Source: Cyanophora paradoxa CCMP329
Lineage: Eukaryota > Plantae > Glaucophyta
Direction: 5' to 3'
Assembly (NCBI GenBank): GCA_004431415.1
Contig: QPMI01000435.1
Location: forward strand, 62,001 to 126,000
DNA: 64,000 nucleotides
The translations under genes and the position numbers were made by a program. The notes under the pieces are model-generated. The model worked only from the letters and a program-made list of their open reading frames with translations. It was not told the origin of the DNA and searched no databases. Below, in pieces: positions 11,201-18,989 of the stretch (its first letter is position 1; each line of letters starts with the position of its first letter).

Positions 11201-12593
11201 CGAGCGACCTTATGTTATCATTGAAAATGTAAATGTGCTTGTTGTGAATCATAAAGTGAATATTGCGGGGATTGATGTTTCTGTTAATTGATTCCGCCGC
11301 GAATTTGTGTATTAACTTTCCGTCGACATCAAAGACGCGGAAGCCTGTCTGAATTCTCTTACAGAATTTCTCGATATGGCGGAGGGTGAGAGCCAGAGAG
11401 TCGCCAGGTGTGCGTTCGCGACCGTGAAAGAATTTATAGAGACCGTCGTAGGACATAGTTAAGTCAGTATATCGCGGTTTTGGCGCGTCCTGACACTTCT
11501 TAATGGACGCTCCCCATGTGGAGATGATCATATCGTATCCGCAAGCGTTAGATGTAGATGATTTGGGAAGCTCAATAACATCTTCGAACTCAGACGCGTT
11601 TGGATTTAATGTGTAGTCTGTGAATTTGCTCATAATCGCGGTGCATCGCATACTGTCCATTAGCTCATCATCCAGGAACTCATAGCGATTGCCAGGGATA
11701 GCACCGGCTCCGTCATCTTCGACACCTTCGTCCCCATCGATCACGACCTCATGAACAGTTATAAAGGCATCATCGACACTGCCGCCAAAATCATCGAAAC
11801 CTTTGCGTAGTTTTTTCTGTTCCTCGGTTGGTGGTGTCTTAAAGAAGAACATCTCGTATGCTTGTCCGAACGTTTCGAGATATATAGCCAATTCATCGTA
11901 GTTTTCGAGTAAACGGAAGATTGATTCTCTCTCTTCCGAATAATAACGATTTTGAGCGGTGAGAACTCCATACCGTTTATCGATTTTTGCCAGAGCAAAG
12001 TTTCGCAACACCCTCACCGAAACTGTCTCTCTTATATTCTGGTAGGTGACAAAGGTTCTGTCTTTTATATATGTTCCGGGAATTCCGGGAATAACAATTA
12101 CCTCCGACGACCGAGCACCGGATCCAGGTCCCCATAGCTTGAACGTAATTGTTGCGAGAGTTTCCGGATCGTATGCGGCGATTGGATCGAGAATAGTGCG
12201 TTTAATCGCATCCTCTACCGCTTTTAGTTTACCTCTCTGCTGCTTCGCTTCGAGTTTCGCTTCTTTCGCCCGTTTCTGTTCTCGTTTGCGATCGAAGCGC
12301 TGTAAACGCTTCGCCTCTTGTTCTTTTTGCTTTTGCTTTTCTATATTAACTTGGGTGCGAGCGGAGCGCTTCTCTTTCCGCTCTGCCCTGCGGAAAACGC
12401 GGGGATTAATGATTCCATTCAGAGTGTCCCGAATGTCGATCAGCGTTTGGAGCTTGGGCTTCCGATTCATTGTGTTGTGCATCGCCCAATGCGCCTGTTC
12501 TTCGGTTAGCAAATCCTGACTCAATCCCTGCATAATGTATCCGATAATTTCATCCCGAACATTGTTAGCGATTCTGTTGGTTGCGCGCGGCAT
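8283..12593 (-). CDS. Replicative fusion protein: putative OTU-like protease + divergent protein-primed-type PolB + superfamily 1 helicase + C-terminal HNH/EndoVII-like nuclease
   Basis: PolB motifs AVDMAKCYPSIL, KHILVKEIGMLGK, GIRTDCLY. SF1 motifs DMPGSGKS, FDEIF, GDTYQNEPI, YAGTGHSTQGLT, YTALTR. CAIC...VDRINNKRPHLKDNCQLAHHGCN. Candidate protease Cys (NACGY) and His (NKHIY). Confidence 0.85.
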   Translation of the reverse strand: MPRATNRIANNVRDEIIGYIMQGLSQDLLTEEQAHWAMHNTMNRKPKLQTLIDIRDTLNGIINPRVFRRAERKEKRSARTQVNIEKQKQKEQEAKRLQRFDRKREQKRAKEAKLEAKQQRGKLKAVEDAIKRTILDPIAAYDPETLATITFKLWGPGSGARSSEVIVIPGIPGTYIKDRTFVTYQNIRETVSVRVLRNFALAKIDKRYGVLTAQNRYYSEERESIFRLLENYDELAIYLETFGQAYEMFFFKTPPTEEQKKLRKGFDDFGGSVDDAFITVHEVVIDGDEGVEDDGAGAIPGNRYEFLDDELMDSMRCTAIMSKFTDYTLNPNASEFEDVIELPKSSTSNACGYDMIISTWGASIKKCQDAPKPRYTDLTMSYDGLYKFFHGRERTPGDSLALTLRHIEKFCKRIQTGFRVFDVDGKLIHKFAAESINRNINPRNIHFMIHNKHIYIFNDNIRSLEMRMAKMEVEELDNHVPKSTSSLALYKIPTCLTHDIFAHTSKDLLKITQLKLSPDERSFIRILYTGREGLEGLLFTFLKMRYEPAVKLTPSKQIDSITFKANGSMFSIKDPRTTDHFIEQDFETEEYYNKVCEIGKGFRESLLNATNISHYSPNMREILTHYKRSALSGFFYKPNPKATYTAVDMAKCYPSILKGMQYLPKYNVFDDFVPFKAGSDILEYAIYYVRVVAFEREQATFADDEDVDYDAAMSRKIDGIEIILDRAFSVSGRCYNFMTGYTLSMHWADVKDKIEIIAVAEPSHLVPNTSIAEMQKVLSSDIQTTDKKHILVKEIGMLGKFQDSQTSTKMFYNRAEAERFAQECGGTVEVFTFNPKNSKRVKTLSEFEGHIYFVKISSHRELVNGFLPIHFHIYDRNRANMFAQYKRLTARGHKVAGIRTDCLYIEGSWTSKKEFDRNAFENMGKFSYIPGKRCPENALRPPRGVTLEFQDPETLINRFSLRDEFNPECFNWVAELHNRMLVLADMPGSGKSTLGINCFASQKSNCLVICPYNKQCAELRDSLKVRGIENITVRTLYNVLGIRVSNDQTYEEAMSENDQRAFVSEFSHIMFDEIFAYSVKDLAKIKSFIDRYPDIKYLANGDTYQNEPINDELSVSDRKGYYKRAVQSMFPNVLSLRINKRHKKETDRELIRAIKEDLFENGLEASQIISKYGLPTINDLNAIPDGYFGIAYRNEMTLAYNKLMHDRRKVNIPTVEVNGIKFYKGLEVVCRRYLRISRSEGESINAYTNYTYRITKITKQMVTLTDVFDGVTFEVPCAMLEHFSLPYAGTGHSTQGLTLDSGIVICEATFRYTTREWFYTALTRNRDLSTVLIYTPIHKFQGKSDYIEYLKTKIRGYKCQDQRAGRDFNEADYITPEWILERKKQQKGACAICSLPIPIEPQDPNYRLVVDRINNKRPHLKDNCQLAHHGCNCSKK

Positions 12594-12615
12594 CTCTATT
12601 AGTTCTTTTAAAATA

Positions 12616-12635
12616 ACCGGAGAAAATAATTTCGG
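12616..12635 (-). promoter_or_regulatory. Putative viral promoter motif ATTTTCTCCGGT (copy 2)
   Basis: 22 nt upstream of the polymerase ATG (12593). Confidence 0.65.
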
Positions 12636-12762
12636 CGCAATCTACCAAATTCTCCTTTTCATACCCTTGTCGCCAATTCTTTAAGTGCTTTTTTGACCTA
12701 TACGGGGAATAAAAAGGGAGGTAAAAAATTAATCATTTTTTGCATCGTACGGATACTTTCCG

Positions 12763-13176
12763 CTACGGATTTTTCGCGTTCTCGACCACATGCTTTCGGG
12801 GTCTCCCAGCGGGCTTTTGTGGCTGAGGTTTAGCGGGTGGGTTCCGCTTTCGTTCCGCTCTTTTCCTTCGTTGGTATTCACGTGCCTTCTCTCGGATTTT
12901 CTCCCGATACTCTTCATCGTCTTGGTATCGCTGCTGTTTACGAATTGCGATCTTTTGTAGCTGTTCCGGGGTGAATATAGTAGCCTCTCCGGCGGCTAAT
13001 CGCTCCTGCTTTTGTCTCTGATGCTTGTTTCGCTGCCGCTCGGCGTCTTTTTCGCGTTTTAATCTTAATCTCTCCGCCTTCTCCTCTTCTGTGATCACCT
13101 TTTTCGGTCGCCCGGGTCTGCGCTTTTCCTGCTGTGCCGCCATCGCCTCTTGGTTTGAAATCTTGGGTTTCGCCAT
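12763..13176 (-). CDS. Basic DNA-binding protein with two AT-hook-like motifs
   Basis: RRPGRPKK and PAGRPRK flanking a K/R/E/Q-rich helical region. Confidence 0.7.
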   Translation of the reverse strand: MAKPKISNQEAMAAQQEKRRPGRPKKVITEEEKAERLRLKREKDAERQRNKHQRQKQERLAAGEATIFTPEQLQKIAIRKQQRYQDDEEYREKIREKAREYQRRKRAERKRNPPAKPQPQKPAGRPRKHVVENAKNP

Positions 13177-13184
13177 TTACTATA

Positions 13185-13196
13185 ACCGGAGAAAAT
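13185..13196 (-). promoter_or_regulatory. Putative viral promoter motif ATTTTCTCCGGT (copy 3; a variant copy at 13769-13779)
   Basis: 8 nt upstream of the ATG at 13176; the variant is 30 nt upstream of the ATG at 13738. Confidence 0.6.
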
Positions 13197-13300
13197 AGTT
13201 TTTTGTCACTCTGTATTATTTCCCTTGCCCTTAAATACCTTTTACCGAAACCTTCAATTTTTGCCCTTGGCTCGATACAAGCGCCACCGAAATTCACCGC

Positions 13301-13738
13301 TCAATAACCATTCCAGACGGTTCGTTCTTGTTGCTGAGGATATACATAAGGTTGCTGAGGATAAACATAAGGGTTCGTTACATTTTCATCGTCGCCTAAT
13401 GCCATTTGATCCAATCTATACATCGGATAAGGGGAGTCAGCGCGCAAATGACCTTCTACAAACTCAGGACATGAGCGCCTTCTAATATGCTCTACATGCA
13501 CGTCCTCTATCTGAGCGGTTTCGATATTAGAACTCATAGCCGCGGGCACAGGCGAGGGCGATCGAGATCGTGGGTGGTTGTGATTGTCGCTGTGGTTAGA
13601 ATATACAGAAAGGCGCCTACCTCCATTATCCTCGCCATCTGATATTTCGATTTCTACGGTTGTGTCACAGCATGGACTGTGGCAATTAGACACGACATGA
13701 AGCTGAAACATCTCAATGCATTGTGTGATGAAATTCAT
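13301..13738 (-). CDS. Hypothetical viral protein (SNCHSPCC motif)
   Basis: ORF track 13301-13885; start moved to MNFITQ because the promoter-like motif lies just upstream of it. Confidence 0.5.
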   Translation of the reverse strand: MNFITQCIEMFQLHVVSNCHSPCCDTTVEIEISDGEDNGGRRLSVYSNHSDNHNHPRSRSPSPVPAAMSSNIETAQIEDVHVEHIRRRSCPEFVEGHLRADSPYPMYRLDQMALGDDENVTNPYVYPQQPYVYPQQQERTVWNGY

Positions 13739-13942
13739 CGATCCTACAAATGGGCAACGTATTAAATATCGGAGAAAATAAAAGGGAATGAGGCTATTGC
13801 TTGCTCGTGTGTTCCCATACGAATTAGTCGACCTTATAATGCTGTTTATGGAGCCGACCTGTCCCTTTTGCAAGGGAGTCCACATAAAGACACGCTCTAA
13901 ATACGGGCGGGTTCAGCTTTGCCTTGCGGATATTCACAGTCA

Positions 13943-14626
13943 TTAGCGGATATGGCGTTTACCACCGAGCATTGCCGCGAAATTCGCTGGTGCTGTCGGC
14001 ACTATATGTGCATATTGCGGGGCAACCGATTGCTGACGCGTTATGGCTTGCGCATCTGTCTTTTCCTCCTTTTTAATCTCCTCTACGTCGACCTTTTGCT
14101 TTAATCCGAGTTTGGAGATCTCTTTCTTTACGAGACCCTTTAATTTCTTGCGTTCGTTATAATCTTGCATCCATTTCTCGTAGTTAGAGACTTTCATTTC
14201 AAGGTCTCGCACTTTCTCTTCGAAGCTCATGACAACGTCGACAGGAACCGTGTGTTTTTGATAGGATCCGCGCTTTTTGAGCTCAGTTTCGGCGGCTTTC
14301 GGGACGTCTTGCGTTTTGTGCTGGCTTGCGACAACTTGCGCTTTGAGTACTTTGTCGGTTGCTTCATCGACGGAGCCGCCTCCAATCTGTGGTTTTACAG
14401 TAGCTAAATCGTCCATTTGGCGTTTACCGCTATCTTGGTTTCCCTTGTCCGCGGTGGCACTCGCAATAATCGCCTCTTGCTTGGCGACCTCCTCTGGCGA
14501 AGTGTCTATAAGATATTCGGGCATTTCGAGACCGCCGCCCGACGTTAATCCAGACTCTTCAAGTCCGCGATTAGGATTACCGGAAGCGACCGTTTGAATG
14601 GTTTGAGGCTTCTTTCGGTAGACCAT
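13943..14626 (-). CDS. Hypothetical coiled-coil viral protein
   Basis: 227-aa ORF starting 2 nt after the ATPase stop. Confidence 0.65.
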   Translation of the reverse strand: MVYRKKPQTIQTVASGNPNRGLEESGLTSGGGLEMPEYLIDTSPEEVAKQEAIIASATADKGNQDSGKRQMDDLATVKPQIGGGSVDEATDKVLKAQVVASQHKTQDVPKAAETELKKRGSYQKHTVPVDVVMSFEEKVRDLEMKVSNYEKWMQDYNERKKLKGLVKKEISKLGLKQKVDVEEIKKEEKTDAQAITRQQSVAPQYAHIVPTAPANFAAMLGGKRHIR

Positions 14627-14628
14627 GA

Positions 14629-15495
14629 TTATCTTTTCTTACACTTGATTAACATTTTCTTTTTCTTGGGCGAAATTTGCGAAAGTTTGGGGATACCTTC
14701 AAGCTCACGCTCAAATTTGGATAAAGTTTTGCATACAGTTGTCGAATCTTTGACAGGCGGCGGTTTTGATGCTTGCTCTTCTTGTTGTTTGCGCTTCTTT
14801 TCTTCAAAAGCCGCCCGCTTGTGGAATTTAGTAAACGGATGGTCATCGATCATATCGGCTTTTTCGACCCACCATCGCACAGAATACCCGGTATTATCGT
14901 GAATGATCGCTTGGTAGCTATGACAGAATTCTTGGAACATGCGCTTAAAACTCTCTTTATCCATGTTCCCGAACTCTTCGTGATATGCTTCAAACTCTCG
15001 CATGTTTGACCAGCTTAGGAATATGATATACTCCGCATTGCTGCGAATGATCGTTGAAAGCTTTGTTAGTTTCTGCGATATTAAAGCCACGGAACAAAAC
15101 GTATGACGACCTTGCGCCATCAATTTATTTAGCAAATGATCGCGCGAAAGATCGATAGTTCCGGACTCCAAACAATCGTCGAGCACGATAAGAATATTCT
15201 TTGGTTTCTTACCCGCGATGATGGCTTTTTTGCGGGCTTCTATGATCGACTCTACATATTCCGGTTTCCAGGTGTCATGTACTTCGTCTGTTATTTGACC
15301 CCAGAAACCGTTAAAACTCGTAGGACAGAAAACCAGAACATACGAGATCTGATCTTCGAGTTCTTTGATCAGCCACTTTAAGAATACCGATTTACCACAA
15401 TTGGTTTTCGCCAATAGGAGAAATCGTGCGGGAAGTTTCACCCTCTGTTTCGGGTTCCATTCTTCGAGATCCATGGGCGTCGTCCCTTTTTGCAT
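14629..15495 (-). CDS. A32-like (FtsK-HerA) genome packaging ATPase
   Basis: RFLLLAKTNCGKS (Walker A), LIVLDDCL (Walker B), LMAQGRHTFCSVALISQ, IRSNAEYIIF. Confidence 0.92.
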   Translation of the reverse strand: MQKGTTPMDLEEWNPKQRVKLPARFLLLAKTNCGKSVFLKWLIKELEDQISYVLVFCPTSFNGFWGQITDEVHDTWKPEYVESIIEARKKAIIAGKKPKNILIVLDDCLESGTIDLSRDHLLNKLMAQGRHTFCSVALISQKLTKLSTIIRSNAEYIIFLSWSNMREFEAYHEEFGNMDKESFKRMFQEFCHSYQAIIHDNTGYSVRWWVEKADMIDDHPFTKFHKRAAFEEKKRKQQEEQASKPPPVKDSTTVCKTLSKFERELEGIPKLSQISPKKKKMLIKCKKR

Positions 15496-15553
15496 TCTTT
15501 CACTATAAAAACAATAGAAAAATAAGACTGAATGTGGTAATCGCACGAATTCC

Positions 15554-16400
15554 TTAGCTACTTACTCTGCGAATACCATCAGCTCCGACTATCATGATGT
15601 TGTGGGCGAGGGCAATGCACTGAATTTGCATCTTCTGATAAGCGGCACCCGCATACCATTCTGATGAACCTTCGGCTGCCGTTGTGACACCGTTGAATTC
15701 GAAGACCAGATCGAACGCCGATGTGCCTGTGGCATCGATGTAGCCCGTGTTCTCTTGGTTGAGAAGCGACGCCTTTCCGTTTCCGGCACCGAAGTAAATG
15801 CCAGTGAGCGCGGGGTAGCTTGTGCTCTCGGTAAAGATCGCCGAATTATATTTATCTTGAAGTTCGGTCGCGGCAATCATGAGAGGAAGCGAAGTATTCG
15901 AGTAAAGGCGGTTATTGTTGAGTTCCACATAGAAGCTTACAGCGTTGGTTCTGAGTGCACGAGGAGCCAGAACCGAGAGAGTTCCGTTGTTCACCTTCGT
16001 CTTCGCGTTTTGGCGCACAGAGAATACGAGAGTGTGGATGAGACCCGCACCTGTGAGTTGCGAGAGATTGACTCGCGAACCGGAGGCGGTCGGCTGGAAA
16101 TCTGTGTGTAGGAAACCGATTTCGTTGTAGGGGATCGCGATGCCAGTCGATTTAACACGGGCAATGGTCTCAGATACAACCGCCTCATCGGCATTTACGA
16201 CCTTGCAAATAACGCGGGGTTTCAGCACTTGAAGGGAAGCGCCATTGTTGGTAACCGCAATAGTAGCAACATTATTCACATCCTCAATAATACCATCCCC
16301 TTGCGCCTTGAATTCGATTTCTACTGTGATCTCAGAGTTCAGAGCGCAAAGTGGGAACATTGCCTTTTCGAAAGGAGAGGGTAAATCGATTTCGTAGGTT
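15554..16400 (-). pseudogene. Double jelly-roll major capsid protein, C-terminal ~280 aa only (5'-truncated)
   Basis: TYEIDLP...MFPLCALNSEITVEIEF, GIAIPY, FYVELNNNRLY, IALAHNIMIVGADG resemble PLV MCP strands; adjacent to the ATPase; the frame is closed by TGA codons upstream with no N-terminal part. Confidence 0.65.
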
Positions 16401-16566
16401 CCACCGACAGTGTTACCAGCGGTTCCGACACATTGGGAACCGTTGCCTGCACCAGGCGCACCGATTTTACGTTGTCATAGCGACGGGGTAATGTCACTAC
16501 ATACTGGTTTGGCTGAGTAAACTCCTCATCGCGATCATCGCTCGAAAAGCTCAGGTATTCTTTCAT
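16339..16566 (-). pseudogene. N-terminal fragment of a second penton-like (single jelly-roll) protein
   Basis: YLSFSSDDRD...PNQYVVTLPRRYDNVKSVRLVQATVPN parallels the N-terminus of 16583-17428; similarity ends after ~55 aa. Confidence 0.6.
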
Positions 16567-16582
16567 CTTACTATAATAGATT

Positions 16583-17428
16583 ATGAAAAGAATAACAATA
16601 AATTGCGACAGTAGAGACCTTGAAAACGGCGTGCTGCATTTGAAAACGCGCCTTAATAATGTTCGACGATTTCGTGTGCTATCCGCTGAGATTCCAAATA
16701 GCTCTTATGTTGTTCCGCCCGATCAGACAATAACTATAACGCTTCTAAACGAAGAGCCCACAGTAATCCCCGCATCCAAAATGATAGCACCGATTCCCAG
16801 CGTAAACGATTATTATTACGTCGATGCTGATAACGAACGATACCCAAAAGAGAGAGCTCTAAACAGTGATGCTTTACTCGGATTTGCGGGCGGTTCTTTT
16901 GATCCGCTCGGTCTCTTCCCGGTTTCCTATTCTCTCGCTCTGTCTACGAACCGCTTCGTGTTCTCATCTCCGAATAGCCCTTTTACATTAGAGTCCTCAG
17001 ACCAGGAGTTCTGTGACTGTCTCGGCATAGAACCCGGAGTGGTTTACGCCAGCACACCAGAACCAGTGCCGGTTCCACTCAGAGATTACCCCAGTCGCTA
17101 CGCGATTATATGCCCGAAAATGGTCGACTTTAATGCAATTCCATATATTTACCTTGATATCGAAGAGCTCCGCCCGTTTACCAAATTCGCAGCGGTTACT
17201 GGGAGACAGAACAATTTCGACGACTCCTATCTATTGCGAATTCAGATGAACTCGGACTTTGGTAGATATTCCTTTTACCACGAACCGAGCGCAAGCATCC
17301 CTTTCGTAAATGTCACATCGCAACTCGATTTAGATCGTCTCACAATTTCGCTTCGAAAATGGCGGGGATCTGTTGCAGATATAAACGGTCTCTCATACTC
17401 GTTCCAGCTCGAAGTGATCACCGATTAA
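16583..17428 (+). CDS. Minor capsid protein (penton)
   Basis: ITINCDSRD...NVRRFRVLSAEIPNSSY...PYIYLDIEEL...LDRLTISLRKWRGSVADINGLSYSFQLEV. Confidence 0.8.
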   Translation: MKRITINCDSRDLENGVLHLKTRLNNVRRFRVLSAEIPNSSYVVPPDQTITITLLNEEPTVIPASKMIAPIPSVNDYYYVDADNERYPKERALNSDALLGFAGGSFDPLGLFPVSYSLALSTNRFVFSSPNSPFTLESSDQEFCDCLGIEPGVVYASTPEPVPVPLRDYPSRYAIICPKMVDFNAIPYIYLDIEELRPFTKFAAVTGRQNNFDDSYLLRIQMNSDFGRYSFYHEPSASIPFVNVTSQLDLDRLTISLRKWRGSVADINGLSYSFQLEVITD

Positions 17429-17463
17429 GCGCTGTCTCGTCAGCGCGCAACGACCGAAGGAAG

Positions 17464-18946
17464 TCACACGTAGTAGCCCTCGAAATCTATTCGGCATGCC
17501 GAAGCTACGTTCGTCGTGAGCACCCAGATTACGAGGGTTCTCACAGATCTCGGGTTCGCTAAGAAATGTTCGTCGGGTTCTACACTTCCGGCTATTTGAT
17601 TTGCATTGGTAAACACTCTCGTCGCGCCGGCTTCTGTGTATGTGACAAGCGCCGAAACTCCCGGAGTTAATTGGTAATCGATTTCAAACGTTTTAATGTA
17701 GTTTCCATTCGCAGCCGGCTTCATTTTTATAGAGGAAAGCATAAACAGACGCGGAAAATCAATGCGTAAATAATTGCCTCCCGACCTACTACCTTGCGGC
17801 GGGTTGGTAAATCCCACCCACCCCGTAGCATTTGACCAGCGGGCATCAGAAGCTGTGCCAAATTCCGCAATAAAGGCGCTATTATCGAGCGGCACCCAGT
17901 TAGACTCCGGGGGTGCGCTTACATCTGTGCACCCGGACAGATTAATAATGGGAACGTCTCCCTCTGATATATTCATCGTCAGCACTGAATACATCGCATT
18001 AAAATACGTTTGCTGTGCGGAAACAAACGCGAGCGCTTCCGTTTCTAAATATTGCAAGTGCGTCGTTGTGATAGTATCGAGGGTCATTTTATCTTTCGGT
18101 AAAGGAACGCTCAGCTTATAGTAGCGATCGTAATTCTGATCATCGTTTCTGGGTAAAAGTTCCAGTAGCTTTACGTGGGCGTTTAGATCAGAACATGCTG
18201 AGAATTGGCGATCCTGTGGCGCTTAGCATCCATTGCACGATCCCCCAATTTTTCATAGTGTCGTACGAATATCCAGATGTCGCCTTATCAGAGTCTTGGA
18301 CGTGACCCGCCGTAATCGAGACCACTATAAGCTCCTCCTCGCAAGAGTTTCCGAATAAAGTGCGGGCGAATGTGTAACCACAAACCCCGGGCGAATTATT
18401 TCCGCTCATGCAACCATCGATTAAACAATATGTTCTCCCGGCGACTGTGACTTGTTTCGGCTCGAAATAGGTGGGCGCAGCCGAGGTAGCCCTTGCAGCA
18501 TCGCGCACAAGCATCCCATTAATATCTTCATCGTTGCTTGAAATAAAAACGGGGGACATTTGAACCGTGTCGAACGCAGTTACTATGGTGGGTTTGTAGA
18601 GATCCGCCATGGTCGCTGAGCCGCAGAGTTCCAGAGCCACAGCTTCTAAGTTAGTTGCTTCGTACTTTGGGCGCTGTACAATCGATGTAAGCACTCGTGG
18701 ATTCGCGAAAATCATCGGCAGCTTCGCTTTGTAGAGCGCCAGAATATCAGTGGCAGTATATTTAGGGGCGCCATCGGTTCCCTTGATATTCAATAGGAGC
18801 GCGATTAATCCACCTGTGCATGTTCCCGCAAAGCAGTCGAATAGCTGTTGGATTCGTTTACCGGTTTGGGCTTCAATCTGTGCCAGTATAGCAGCCTCGA
18901 TTATTCCACGCGACCCTCCACCACTCAGACATAAAACGGTCTTCAT
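17464..18946 (-). CDS. Patatin-like phospholipase fused to an F5/8 type C (discoidin) domain; one frameshift at ~18190
   Basis: LCLSGGGSRG, FDCFAGTCTGG, ARATSAAPTYFEP, LIDG. The frame of 17464-18087 is open upstream to ~18195 and encodes the patatin tail (SDLNAHVKLLELL...RYYKL...LD). YLRIDFPRLF...YIKTFEIDY...ACRIDFEG is discoidin-like. Confidence 0.8.
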
Positions 18947-18989
18947 TATCTTATATACTTCTTATATATCTTCTTTGTTTATAAAGAGG

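Noticed and set aside
16400-16566. TGA read-through or alternative genetic code extending the MCP
   Set aside because: Three TGA codons in a frame that is not MCP-like, the overlapping frame is clearly penton-like, and other genes terminate at TGA.
18750-18989. N-terminal extension of the 611-aa ORF
   Set aside because: Antisense overlap with the patatin gene; the ATG at 18990 follows a TATA-like tract.
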